From assembly GCA_963798485.1 (NCBI GenBank), contig CAWCTR010000007.1, forward strand, positions 448,001 through 512,000: a stretch of 64,000 bases of DNA, written 5' to 3'. The DNA is from an uncultured delta proteobacterium (GTDB taxonomy: Bacteria > Desulfobacterota > Desulfomonilia > UBA1062). Below the pieces are notes generated by a model. It was not told the origin of the DNA. It made no database searches and saw only the letters and a program-made list of their open reading frames with translations. This document shows, one piece after another, positions 30,597 through 40,530 of this stretch. Every line of letters starts with the position of its first letter. The stretch's first letter is position 1. The position numbers and the translations under genes were made by a program.

Positions 30597-31814
30597 CTAT
30601 TGGCCCCACCGGTAAGTGAGATATGGCTTGCTCTGCTCGAACACGATGCACATGTCTTCCAGATATTCCTCTGCCTGCTGATGGGACATCCCCTCGGTCT
30701 TGTTCACGAACGACAGGGTCATGCCGTAGTACAGAGGCACGAGGACATCGATGAGCTTGCCACGGTCAAGGGACTTCTTGTGGTAGCTGATGGCGCAGTC
30801 GAAGAGGATCCGTGCCCATACAGCCACAGGCATCTCGAAGTGATCGATGTCGAGCGATGCGATCTCCCTGATCTTCTGTATATTCTCGGTGGAGAAGATG
30901 GACCTGTAGACATCCCAGTGATTGTTGAACCCCTCCCGGAATTTTATGTAGAGCTTGTCTCTGCTCACCTTGATGGCAGGGGGGGCCTCCACGTCTCCTA
31001 TCCCGAATCCGAAGATGGCTGTGGGCTTGCTCCATTTGGTTGAAGCCCACTTGTCATGAAATGCACCCATGAGATTGAAAATGGTAATGACCATCTGGCG
31101 GAACATGGTGCCCACATCAAGGGCAGGGTCCCTCGGTTTGGTGATCTTGGGCTTGCCCAAAAAGGCCTGGCAGATGGGGATGCCCTCATTCATGGCAATG
31201 GTGGTCATCCAGATATCTATGCCGAACTGGCTCACGTTCTCATCCCACAGATGACTTTTCAGCAGCAGGCCGGCCATTTTATTTGAAAGGCCGAAGTCTC
31301 CCCCGATGGGTTGCCTCACCCTCCTGCCGTACAGGCTCCGGGTGAGCGGATAGGCGATGTTATTGGTAAGCGTGCCATCGTATTTATGGCGCACATAGAG
31401 CGGGGCCACAAAGGCGAAGTCTTTAAAGAGGGGCTCTGCAAGGTTTTTAATCCACATGGGGGTAACGCTCTTGAGGCTTGCATCAATGATGACCGCGGCC
31501 TTGGCATCCATCTCCATGACCTTTCTGAACAGGTTCTTCAGGTTGGTCCCCCGGCCCCTGATCCCCCGGGGGGTGGAGACATACATCTTGGGGATGCCGT
31601 GCGAGGGTGCATTCATGAAGGTCTGGCCGGTCTTGTCGGTACTGCAGTTATCACAGTTGATGATAACCGAAGTCATGTGCGGGAAGTATTCCTTCAACCC
31701 CAGAGAGGCCTGCTCGAGGGGGTATGCGATATTGGCGGCCTCGTTGTAGGACGGGATACCTACGATAATGTCGGCCTTTGTGATCCCGCCCGGGTTGTCC
31801 TCCTGAAACATCAT
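30597..31814 (-). CDS. Glucosyl-/mannosylglycerate synthase-like glycosyltransferase
   Basis: VGIPSYNEA, RHKYDGTLTN, RQPIGGDFG, FGIDIWMT. Confidence 0.8.
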   Translation of the reverse strand: MMFQEDNPGGITKADIIVGIPSYNEAANIAYPLEQASLGLKEYFPHMTSVIINCDNCSTDKTGQTFMNAPSHGIPKMYVSTPRGIRGRGTNLKNLFRKVMEMDAKAAVIIDASLKSVTPMWIKNLAEPLFKDFAFVAPLYVRHKYDGTLTNNIAYPLTRSLYGRRVRQPIGGDFGLSNKMAGLLLKSHLWDENVSQFGIDIWMTTIAMNEGIPICQAFLGKPKITKPRDPALDVGTMFRQMVITIFNLMGAFHDKWASTKWSKPTAIFGFGIGDVEAPPAIKVSRDKLYIKFREGFNNHWDVYRSIFSTENIQKIREIASLDIDHFEMPVAVWARILFDCAISYHKKSLDRGKLIDVLVPLYYGMTLSFVNKTEGMSHQQAEEYLEDMCIVFEQSKPYLTYRWGQ

Positions 31815-32073
31815 CCCATCTCTCCAGATAATAAGTATGCTGCCAACAGACATTTATACTCTGATATTTTGAAGGGAGTGGCAATAGAAAAATACGGGAT
31901 TTGTGGGCATTCAGAGATGATAATTCAGGCTCAAGGTTTTAAAAAGGCATTCATGCAAACGTATAATACCTTAAGCCGTAACTGAACACCATGAGACTTG
32001 ATGAACTCGTATAACAAATTACAAAAAGAAACTTCCTTACGTCACTTCCCTGTGATTCAATAATAATGGCAAC

Positions 32074-32334
32074 CTAATCATCATATGGACCGAGAAAACG
32101 CTCACCGTTGAAATGTATTAAATGAGTTGGAGACTCAGCAACCCACACTTCCGTTTCCCAAGATATATCATCAAGATATTTCACCATGGTTCTTCGATCA
32201 AGAAAGGCAGTCACATATACAAGGCCGACCTTTGACCCGGCAAATAGGTTCTTCAATTCCTCCCTACGCTTGGGGTTTACTGGTCCGTGGCTGGTAACTG
32301 CTTCTATCAGGACAAGCCATTTATTCTCTGTATA
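32074..32334 (-). pseudogene. C-terminal fragment of BsuBI/PstI-type restriction endonuclease
   Basis: WLVLIEAVTSHGPVNPKRREEL...YVTAF...ISWETEVWVAESPTHLIHFNGERFLGPY; no N-terminus or methylase. Confidence 0.85.
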
Positions 32335-32565
32335 ATAGGAGAGTAGAGAGCAAATGTAGAAAAATTGTCCTTATGTAAATATCCATTTGCTCTTTTCCTT
32401 GCCTGATATATTATAGCCTACATTATGTGATAGACCTTTTCAAGGTCATTTGAAGATGGTCGGAACGGAATAAAAAAGTGCCAGGGCTGTTTGACCCGGG
32501 GGAATAGTAGGTGCCCCTTTCTTTTTCAAAACTAATAGTTATTAATTCAGATAGGGGAGAAATAG

Positions 32566-32922
32566 ATGACGACAATAACAAACATTTTTGTTGGTCTAGT
32601 GGCCCTTCTGCACGTCCACTTCCTTGTACTCGAGATGTTTCTCTGGGACAAACCTTTCGGCCTGCGGACCTTCGGCCTTACACCCGAGTTCGCTTCCGCC
32701 TCAAAGTCGCTCGCAGCGAATCAAGGCCTGTACAACGGATTTCTGGCTGCTGGGCTTGTATGGGGCTTGAGCCTGGGCGTTGCAGGAAACCCGATCAAGC
32801 TTTTCTTCCTTGGTTGCGTTATTATGGCCGGTGTGTTTGGAGGGTTAACCGCAAATCGAAAGATCCTCTGGGTTCAAGCCCTCCCTGGTGCCATAGCGTT
32901 CGCCTTGGTGTTGTTGTCTTGA
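32566..32922 (+). CDS. DUF1304 membrane protein
   Basis: LEMFLW, LAANQGLYNGFLAAGL, VQALP. Confidence 0.92.
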   Translation: MTTITNIFVGLVALLHVHFLVLEMFLWDKPFGLRTFGLTPEFASASKSLAANQGLYNGFLAAGLVWGLSLGVAGNPIKLFFLGCVIMAGVFGGLTANRKILWVQALPGAIAFALVLLS

Positions 32923-32974
32923 GGCCCCTGGTGTTCGCCTGAGCCGCTCGGTACCAGTGAAGCAAACCCAAGTG

Positions 32975-33286
32975 CTAACAGCAGGTTGAATTACCGGCAT
33001 TGTCCGTATCGCACCCGCACCCGCAAACCGGGGCAGTGCCCCTTAGCATGCCATTGAGGATGGCATAGGCGCATCCGACCCCTTGCTGTACCGTGATGGC
33101 GAGCGCCGGGCAGTTCTTGCTGCAGGCCCCGCACTCCATGCAGGCATCAAGATCCGTGATAACGGCCTTCTTCTTTTCGAGGGCGAACACCCCGTGCGGG
33201 CACACCTCTGTGCAGGCCCCGCACCCGGTGCAGCGCAAGGGATCAAGCTGTAATGTGGAAATGTTCTTCAGATATCGCATGCTCAT
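32975..33286 (-). CDS. hgcB: Mercury methylation ferredoxin HgcB (start 33286 or 33280)
   Basis: MRYL, CTGCGACTEVCP, CMECGACSKNCP, GVGCA, terminal CC; directly after hgcA. Confidence 0.95.
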   Translation of the reverse strand: MSMRYLKNISTLQLDPLRCTGCGACTEVCPHGVFALEKKKAVITDLDACMECGACSKNCPALAITVQQGVGCAYAILNGMLRGTAPVCGCGCDTDNAGNSTCC

Positions 33287-34371
33287 GTCAGTGCCCCTAT
33301 AAGTACATTCACCCCAAGCAGAAGGAGGCCGCATATGCCCAAGGCAGCCATCGGCCTGGCGAACAGGCCGATCTCCCTGTTCACCCCGGTCTGGGAGGTG
33401 AACGTGCTGCTCCCGGTAAAGTTCAAGGCCAGAAAGGCGGAAATGGCAGGCAGCAAGAGGAGATTGCCCAAAAACGGTATCATGCCCCAGCCCTGGTACA
33501 GGCCGACGGCCAGGGTCCACAACAAACCCATACCCCAGCCCTTCAGTGCGAAGGATCGGGGCGGTATCCACGGAAGCAGCACGGGTACGCCGATGGTCCC
33601 CAGCAGCAGCGCACCCAGGAGCGGGAGCGTGGATGACACCATATGTGCCAAGGTCAGATTGCCGGCAAACCATTTCCAGCCTGCAACTACGCAGAGCAGG
33701 ATCAGAAAGTATTTCATCACCATCACGAGCTCTATGGGGATAACGGCAACCCTGTCCCACAGATCGAACCTCACTGTCCTCATGGCGGAAGTCGCCTGCA
33801 TGTTGTTTTTCAGGAAGGGCTTGAGGTCGTGCGCCCTGACCGGACCGAAGACCACCCTGAAGCCGGTCATTGCCTTGATGGAATGTCCTGATATGCCGGG
33901 GGCACCGAGCTGGGGCAGAATGATGGTCTTGTGCGAGACAACATCCTTCAGGCGTGTTGCCTCGATGCGCCTTGCCAGCTCATCCGTTCCAAAGGTGCCC
34001 TTGCCGGCCGCACACCAGACATTGACGCCCTTGGTGTCAAGTACCAGAACCCAGGTGTCCAAGTTGCTGAGCTCTTTGCGGAGCGCATCGAAGGAGGGCT
34101 TGTAATTGGCGGTTGCCAGTACGATAGCCTCCGGGCCTGGATTGCCCACCGCATAGAGGCCGGGCTGCACCTGAAGCGCATCCCTCCTGATCCCCCACCT
34201 GGCCTTCAAGTGCTCTATTGTGTCCTTAAGCACGAGCTGTGTCCCTATGAGAGCAATAGGACCCGTGGATGCCTGATGGATGCCTGTCACCCACCTGCCG
34301 CTCGGCATGACAGGCATAACCTTTTCCTGAATGCTTCCAAAGGATGCTTGTCCGGAGCAGCATGTTTTCAT
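33283..34371 (-). CDS. hgcA: Mercury methylation corrinoid protein HgcA
   Basis: Cap helix NVWCAAGKGTFG, PGLYAVG, LPQLGAPG, FGPVRA, TM domain, FTGSSTFTS. Confidence 0.96.
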   Translation of the reverse strand: MKTCCSGQASFGSIQEKVMPVMPSGRWVTGIHQASTGPIALIGTQLVLKDTIEHLKARWGIRRDALQVQPGLYAVGNPGPEAIVLATANYKPSFDALRKELSNLDTWVLVLDTKGVNVWCAAGKGTFGTDELARRIEATRLKDVVSHKTIILPQLGAPGISGHSIKAMTGFRVVFGPVRAHDLKPFLKNNMQATSAMRTVRFDLWDRVAVIPIELVMVMKYFLILLCVVAGWKWFAGNLTLAHMVSSTLPLLGALLLGTIGVPVLLPWIPPRSFALKGWGMGLLWTLAVGLYQGWGMIPFLGNLLLLPAISAFLALNFTGSSTFTSQTGVNREIGLFARPMAALGICGLLLLGVNVLIGALT

Positions 34372-34847
34372 GTGAGACCTCCACAACTATTTGAACTATT
34401 TGCACAGCATATGCCGTCACGTTTCTGCGCGAGGACCTCGGACAGCCGCCTGACTGCTTTCATGATGGATGCCTGCCCCCCGGGGACTAGGTGAAAGAGA
34501 TCGTGATAGAAGCTGTCGCAAGCGCTGTTGATCTCGTCGGCCTTCTTTTGCCCATGAGCCGTGAGCTTCACCTCAACAAAGCGCCGGTTCACCGGGTTGA
34601 TCGTGCGCCCCACATACATATCGCGCACGAGTGAGTCCACGGTCCTGCTTAGGGTGCTCGTGTCGAGCCTGAGTCTCTTGGCCAGGTCCACAATGCTTGT
34701 AGTGCCCATGTCGTCCAATTCCATGAGCACATGGCATTGGGCCATGGTCACCCCGCAGCAATCGGACTGATTCTTAAGCTGATACTCCACTTCCCGCTCG
34801 ATCTCCCGTATGTATCTCCTGAATTCCCTGATCAAGGCACTATCCAT
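34368..34847 (-). CDS. MarR family regulator with Cys-Cys pairs
   Basis: CCGVTMAQCH, LDTSTLSRTVDSL, NRRFVEVKLT; ATGA overlap with hgcA. Confidence 0.9.
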   Translation of the reverse strand: MDSALIREFRRYIREIEREVEYQLKNQSDCCGVTMAQCHVLMELDDMGTTSIVDLAKRLRLDTSTLSRTVDSLVRDMYVGRTINPVNRRFVEVKLTAHGQKKADEINSACDSFYHDLFHLVPGGQASIMKAVRRLSEVLAQKRDGICCANSSNSCGGLT

Positions 34848-34873
34848 CCAGGCCTCCAATGATATTTGCAATA

Positions 34874-34902
34874 GATGTATAATACATCAATTGTATTGTC
34901 AA
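34874..34902 (-). promoter_or_regulatory. marR-hgcAB promoter with palindromic operator
   Basis: TTGACA at 34902-34897; GATGTAT-A-ATACATC at 34874-34888 over the spacer/-10. Confidence 0.7.
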
Positions 34903-34979
34903 GCTGTTTCTGCGAGGATGGGCTTCAAAAATTGTTTTCATGAAAATGCATTGACAAATAACCATGCTCACGTTAATTA

Positions 34980-34994
34980 CTATCAATCTAATAG
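34980..34994 (+). promoter_or_regulatory. Candidate Rrf2 box 1
   Basis: CTATCAATCTAATAG downstream of TTGACA (34951). Confidence 0.65.
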
Positions 34995-35089
34995 TGATAA
35001 TAGATATTCTTGTCAAAGGGCAGAGCGCCTTAAGCAATGGAGAATAGGAAAAAGCATCGCTGATAGACTGTTTCTCAAGAGGTATCCCT

Positions 35090-36139
35090 ATGAACAAAAA
35101 GGCCATTGCCCTCCTGTCCGGCGGGCTGGACAGCTCGCTGGCCGTCAAGCTCATGATCGACCAGGGCATCGAGGTCATCGCAATCAATTTTACCAGTCCG
35201 TTTTGCAATTGTACGCCCCGGAGTGCCGGCTGCAAACACCAGGCCCGCCTTATAGCTGAAAATCTGGGCGTGGAGATCCATGTACTCCCCAAAGGCATGG
35301 ATTACCTTGACATGGTGAAGAAGCCTCCCCACGGATACGGCAGGGCCATGAATGCATGCATCGACTGCAGGATATACATGCTCAGAAAGGTCAAAGAGAA
35401 GATGGAATCCCTTGGGGCATCTTTTGTCATCACCGGAGAGGTTCTCGGGCAGCGTCCCATGTCCCAGCACAGGGAGGCAATCCGCATCATCGAGAAGGAG
35501 AGCGGACTTGCAGGCCTCATCTTAAGGCCCCTTTCCGCGGGTTTATTCCCGCCGAGCATTCCCGAACAGGAGGGAATCGTAGACCGGGGGCGCCTCCTCT
35601 CCATTTCCGGCAGGTCCCGGAAACCCCAGATAGCCTTGGCGGATGAACTCGGCATCAAAGACTACCCTTGCCCCGCAGGCGGCTGTCTCCTCACCGACCC
35701 CGTTATTGCGTCCAGGCTTCGGGACCTTTTTCAGCACATGCCGGATTTTGATATGACGGATATCCATCTCCTGAAGGCGGGAAGGCATTTCAGGATCGAT
35801 CCGCGCTTGAAGGTCGTACTCGGCAGGAATGAGGCCGAGAACGAGAGGATAATCGGCCTGGCCAAACCGGGGCACACCATCCTGAGTCCTGTCAACTTCC
35901 GTGGACCAACGGCGCTGGCCACGGGCATTCCCGATGAAGCCCAGGGAAATCTGATAGGGGAGATGGTGGCCCATTATTCCAAGGATGAGCGCGACCGGTA
36001 TGATCTCAACGTCCAGATAATAGGAGGGAAGGATTACACGGTGCAAGTAGTACGGAAGATGCAGCAGGCCGCCATTGATGCCATATATCGAAGCGGTGAC
36101 TTCTACTGTTCCGAGGCCATTGTCAAGACTACAGAATAG
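35090..36139 (+). CDS. ThiI/MnmA-like PP-loop sulfurtransferase (no THUMP domain evident)
   Basis: LLSGGLDS, CIDC, TGEVLGQRPMSQ, GRSRK, PAGGCLLT, GRHFR. Confidence 0.85.
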   Translation: MNKKAIALLSGGLDSSLAVKLMIDQGIEVIAINFTSPFCNCTPRSAGCKHQARLIAENLGVEIHVLPKGMDYLDMVKKPPHGYGRAMNACIDCRIYMLRKVKEKMESLGASFVITGEVLGQRPMSQHREAIRIIEKESGLAGLILRPLSAGLFPPSIPEQEGIVDRGRLLSISGRSRKPQIALADELGIKDYPCPAGGCLLTDPVIASRLRDLFQHMPDFDMTDIHLLKAGRHFRIDPRLKVVLGRNEAENERIIGLAKPGHTILSPVNFRGPTALATGIPDEAQGNLIGEMVAHYSKDERDRYDLNVQIIGGKDYTVQVVRKMQQAAIDAIYRSGDFYCSEAIVKTTE

Positions 36140-36147
36140 AGGACGCC

Positions 36148-37212
36148 ATGCAACTTGATGATGTCTTGAAAGGCTGTCTGCAATCAGGCTCTCTCTCCCG
36201 GGATGAGACCCTATTCCTCCTCAGCCGGCATGACAGCGAAGATAGTGCCGCAATAACACGATGTGCCGATGAGGTCCGTCAGGCTCACTGTGGTCCTGAT
36301 GTCCACATCCGAGCCCTGGTGGAGTTCTCGAACCATTGCAGGAGGAACTGCAACTACTGCGGCCTGCGCAGGGGCAACCGCGACCTTATCAGATACCGCA
36401 TGTCTATTGATGAGATTGTCGAGCTTTCCGTCACCCTTTACAAAAAGGGATTGATGACCATTGTGCTCCAGTCGGGAGAAGACCCGTTCTACCATGTGGA
36501 CATGCTCTCGGACATGGTGCGCAGGATAAAGCGGTCCACTGGTATGGCCGTTACCTTGTGTGTCGGCGAGAGGCCCAAAGAGGAGTACCTTAAGCTCAAG
36601 GATGCCGGGGCCGACCGTTACCTATTGCGGCATGAGGCGGCGAACAGTGAACTCTATGCACAGCTCCACCCTGACTCCCGCCATGACGAGCGGATGCAGT
36701 GCCTGAATGATCTGAAGGACCTGGGCTTCCAGGTTGGCGCGGGCAGCATGGTGGGAGTTCCGGGCCAGACCCTGGAACACCTGGCGGACGACATCGAGTT
36801 TATCCAGCAATTCCAGCCCGACATGGTGGGCATCGGGCCCTTCATAGCTCACCCGAACACACCGTATGCAGGATGTCCAACTGGCGGTTTGGACATGTCG
36901 CTCAAGATGGTGGCCCTGGCGCGCATCGTGACCAGGAACGCCCTCATCCCGGCCACCACTGCCATAGGTTCTATAGAGGAAGAGGGCAGGGAGCTTGCGC
37001 TTCAGGCCGGTGCGGACGTGGTCATGCCGAACTATACCCCCTTGCAGTACCGGGTGCATTACGAGATCTACCCCAACAAGCGCTGCATTGCAGAAGACCC
37101 GATGCATTGCCATTCCTGCATGCGCATGAGGATCCTGTCCGTGGACAGATCAGTGGCCGAAGATGCAGGGCATTCCAGAAAGCAGGCTGATAAGGCCGGT
37201 TCAATCAAATGA
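36148..37212 (+). CDS. HydE-like radical SAM protein
   Basis: CRRNCNYC, VLQSGED, RYLLRHE, GIGPFI, YEIY, C-terminal Cx7Cx2C. Confidence 0.85.
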   Translation: MQLDDVLKGCLQSGSLSRDETLFLLSRHDSEDSAAITRCADEVRQAHCGPDVHIRALVEFSNHCRRNCNYCGLRRGNRDLIRYRMSIDEIVELSVTLYKKGLMTIVLQSGEDPFYHVDMLSDMVRRIKRSTGMAVTLCVGERPKEEYLKLKDAGADRYLLRHEAANSELYAQLHPDSRHDERMQCLNDLKDLGFQVGAGSMVGVPGQTLEHLADDIEFIQQFQPDMVGIGPFIAHPNTPYAGCPTGGLDMSLKMVALARIVTRNALIPATTAIGSIEEEGRELALQAGADVVMPNYTPLQYRVHYEIYPNKRCIAEDPMHCHSCMRMRILSVDRSVAEDAGHSRKQADKAGSIK

Positions 37213-37327
37213 TTCCTCGCAGCTTGCTGCGGGGATACCTTATCAAATCTGGAGAATCCCCCATAGAAACGACTCGTCCATTCTCATAAATCATGCTATA
37301 AAAAAGGTTGTCATGGGAGGACCCATC

Positions 37328-38128
37328 ATGGAAGATACCATAGGTGAAGACTTCGGAATCCTTCAGATATCTCAAGGCGAACACGGCATTGATCTGAAGC
37401 CTGTGGAAAAGCGGGTGATCTCAGAGATGTCATTGAAGATCATCATTAACGGCGATGAGTATGCATCACTGCTCTGCTTGAACCAATACCAGGAAGAGCT
37501 GGCCCTCGGTTTTCTGTACAGTGAAGGGGTTATCGATTCTTATGAGGCGATAGAATCGATCTCTTATCATGAGCGCCTGTCCGCTGTCGTCATCCAGCTC
37601 AAGGAAGGGGTACACATCAGTTATCAGGAAAGCCTCAGGAGCATGACATCAGGCTGTGGTAAGTGCTATACCTACATCAATCCGCTGAAACAGGACAAAT
37701 ATCGCCCCCTGCCGGATACCAGAAGCTATCCCATCAGGGACATCATCGATCTTATGAAAAAGTTCGAGAGGCTATCTAAGATATATTCGACCATAGGGGG
37801 CGTGCACAGCGTCTGGTACCATTCTGATGATTTCTCCGTGCTGAACGAAGATATCGGCAGGCACAACTGTGTGGACAAGATCACCGGCATCCTGATGAAA
37901 AACGGTAAACTGTCTCAGGCCGGTGATGGTATCATGTTCATCAGCGGCAGGGTTTCTTCTGAGATCATGACCAAGGTCATCCGTCTGGGTGTCCCTGTCC
38001 TGGTTTCACGATCGACCCCAACTGCGGCTGCGGTGAGGCTGGCCGAGAAATATCATGTAACCCTCCTCGGTTATGTCAGGGGAGGATCCGGGTATATCTA
38101 TACCTGTCCCGGGCGTATGACGACCTAG
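37328..38128 (+). CDS. fdhD: FdhD family sulfur carrier
   Basis: LALGFLYSEG, TSGCGKC, GGVH, EDIGRHNCVDK, SGRVSSE. Confidence 0.92.
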   Translation: MEDTIGEDFGILQISQGEHGIDLKPVEKRVISEMSLKIIINGDEYASLLCLNQYQEELALGFLYSEGVIDSYEAIESISYHERLSAVVIQLKEGVHISYQESLRSMTSGCGKCYTYINPLKQDKYRPLPDTRSYPIRDIIDLMKKFERLSKIYSTIGGVHSVWYHSDDFSVLNEDIGRHNCVDKITGILMKNGKLSQAGDGIMFISGRVSSEIMTKVIRLGVPVLVSRSTPTAAAVRLAEKYHVTLLGYVRGGSGYIYTCPGRMTT

Positions 38129-38181
38129 CTCCTGACCAGCCACAGGGCCGCACAGGCCGGGATGCCATGCGCCTGGTCCTC

Positions 38182-38415
38182 TCATGCGAAGGGATCGTAC
38201 CCGGGCTCTTTGTACAGCAGGTCTTTTTTCCCCAGGATGTCGGGCGTGTAGACCTTTTCGGCCCACTCAGCCGGGTCGACCTCTTCGAAGGATATGGACA
38301 CAGCCTTGTCCTCGCACTTGAGGATCGTCACGACATCTTTGGCAATCTCTTCGGTAAGCCTGTTCTTCTGCTGCTCCGTCCTCCCGGGGTAGAGCTTCAC
38401 GATGATATGCGGCAT
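38182..38415 (-). CDS. Tautomerase family protein (4-OT/PptA-like)
   Basis: MPH N-terminal Pro, PGRTEQQK, LYKEPGY. Confidence 0.9.
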   Translation of the reverse strand: MPHIIVKLYPGRTEQQKNRLTEEIAKDVVTILKCEDKAVSISFEEVDPAEWAEKVYTPDILGKKDLLYKEPGYDPFA

Positions 38416-38792
38416 TCTATTCTCCTTTTGATGTGGTTAGTGGCCTTTGCATGGTTCCTTAGCCGTGATTGTTTTCAAGTGAATCCAGGAAACTCCGGGG
38501 AAAGTTTGTGAAAGTCATAAGCTTGATGAATACCACACATGTTCCATAATTTCATCCTACATGATCTTGAACAATATGGTGGATCCCGACCAGAAACAGT
38601 TGTTCCGTATCGTGTATAGCGCGGGGAGGGTACAAGGCTCCATAACCCTGAGAACCAACATGAAACAACTCTCTGCGTTTAAGGTTCCTGTAATCATAGC
38701 ATCGGCCTGGAAAAATTATTCCAGGCCGAAATAGGGCTGCGAGAAGCCTTTTCACTAGTCTTCTCATCGGGCAGCGAAAGGGTTTGGCGGGT

Positions 38793-38903
38793 CTATTCTT
38801 TGACCGGGAGCACGTGGATGGCCTTGATTATGAGTGCCACGGTGCCACCCGGCTTGAGCTCTATGCCCTCGACCGATTCAGTGGTGAGGACCGAGGCCAT
38901 CTC
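38793..38903 (-). pseudogene. C-terminal half of a TOBE/Mop molybdate-binding protein
   Basis: EMASVLTTESVEGIELKPGGTVALIIKAIHVLPVKE*. Confidence 0.7.
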
Positions 38904-39012
38904 GGTTTTATGATGCCTGAAAACTGAAGATCTGGGTTTGAAACCTATACAGCAAGGCGTTCCATATCAGAGCGTGTCTATAGGCACGTGATCTATGACT
39001 TTTTAAGTTTAC

Positions 39013-40530
39013 TTACATCTTGTTTAAAAGACTCTTATAAGCTGGGACTTCTTTTATGTTGTCAAGATCTTTAGCGGTAAGAAGATACCGATTGTGAAAA
39101 CCTTTTTCTATAGCTATCGTTAACCATTCAATTGATTCGTTTACTCTATTCTGCTTTGCTTTTATACATGCTATTTTATAATAAATATTAGCAAGTTCAG
39201 GGTGAATTTCCTTAAAACGATTCAGTAATAAAAGTGCTTTCTCATACTCCCCCCAATCACAATACAACATGACTAACTTTCCCATAGCATTAATATTATC
39301 CGGATGTATAGAAAGAGACTTCTGATAGCATTCTATGGCCTTAGTGCTATTTATTTTTAAATATAAATTGCCCAACTCATATAGTTTTTCATAGTCATTA
39401 GGATTTTTCTTTAAACTTGATTCAAGGTTATGGGTATATTCTTCGATTTTATTATTAGGAATATTCTCTGATTCAATAAGCCCTAGACTTCTTATTTCAT
39501 TAAATAATCTCTGAGTGAAAAGATATGCGCCATCATTATTAAAATGTCCATAATCAATTAGGACGGAATCATTCAATCCACAGTCTTCTGGCCTTTCCCA
39601 AACTATAGAATGTACGCTATCTTTTTCTAAGCTATGGATATAATTTAAATATATCATCTCTGCATTGAATAATTCCGGTATGTTATTTATAACTTCAATA
39701 TATTCATTACGTAATGGTGGTTGAAGAAGAACAATCTTTTTAGTCTTTTTCTCAACTAAAAGTATAAGACGCCAAAGATATTCAGCTTTATATTCAGCAA
39801 ATTCATAATGGTTCAATAACCCAATTTGATGTTGAACCGAAAAAACTGGATCAGTGGTCATTTTTATATATGCTGCTGATTGATTGTAATGGTATTCGGG
39901 AATAGAATCAGGCTGATAAGGTTCTGGACGTTTCCCAATTATAAATGAATAAATAATAGTACTCCATTCCTCAAGTGTGCGACGTTGAGAGAATGGGAAA
40001 AAGTAATCTGATAACAATAAAAACCTCATATTTAAATCTGGGAATTCTAATCTTTCTTGAAAAGTAGACCATGTAAGAAAAGCAGTTTCTCCGGCACCTA
40101 TAGGATAACAACTTTTATTAAACATCCATGGGTCAACCTCAATAATTACAAGTGGAGATGAGTTAAGCAAGTCGGGATTTTTTCTGCAAAGTAATAATTC
40201 TTCCCAAGTACCAGCACCATTACTTGGGAGTATAAGTATTTTTGACTGCTCAATACCTGATAGTTTAGAAAAAAGATCTCTCTTGATACAGGATGCTATA
40301 CGAGAACTCCCCAAAAAAACAACTTTCAAATTATCAGGCTTTTTAAGATCTAGGTATGAAATAACAGGGGTAACATAGGATCTAGGATTTAATTTCTCCA
40401 ATGAATCACTATAGATGGAAAGAGATATGCCTGTGCAGAAGAGTATTGCAAAGGCAAACAGAGCGACCTTTATGGCCTGGGGCATTTTCTTCTGTGGATT
40501 AGAAATTGAAGTAGATGAATGGTTGGACAT
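39013..40530 (-). CDS. SGNH-like periplasmic domain plus TPR repeats, partner of MBOAT
   Basis: VFLGSSR and DYGH catalytic-like motifs; C-terminal TPRs; N-terminal anchor. Confidence 0.7.
   Translation of the reverse strand: MSNHSSTSISNPQKKMPQAIKVALFAFAILFCTGISLSIYSDSLEKLNPRSYVTPVISYLDLKKPDNLKVVFLGSSRIASCIKRDLFSKLSGIEQSKILILPSNGAGTWEELLLCRKNPDLLNSSPLVIIEVDPWMFNKSCYPIGAGETAFLTWSTFQERLEFPDLNMRFLLLSDYFFPFSQRRTLEEWSTIIYSFIIGKRPEPYQPDSIPEYHYNQSAAYIKMTTDPVFSVQHQIGLLNHYEFAEYKAEYLWRLILLVEKKTKKIVLLQPPLRNEYIEVINNIPELFNAEMIYLNYIHSLEKDSVHSIVWERPEDCGLNDSVLIDYGHFNNDGAYLFTQRLFNEIRSLGLIESENIPNNKIEEYTHNLESSLKKNPNDYEKLYELGNLYLKINSTKAIECYQKSLSIHPDNINAMGKLVMLYCDWGEYEKALLLLNRFKEIHPELANIYYKIACIKAKQNRVNESIEWLTIAIEKGFHNRYLLTAKDLDNIKEVPAYKSLLNKM

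Noticed and set aside
33287-33760. 261-aa version of hgcB suggesting a fusion or extension
   Set aside because: Extension is an alternate frame of hgcA; HgcB begins at MSMRYL
34340-34390. Selenocysteine (UGA) in the HgcA N-terminus
   Set aside because: Codons are TGC TGC; the nearby TGA is the marR stop in another frame
38552-38767. 71-aa ORF downstream of the Mop relic
   Set aside because: No recognisable motif or RBS; probably decayed sequence
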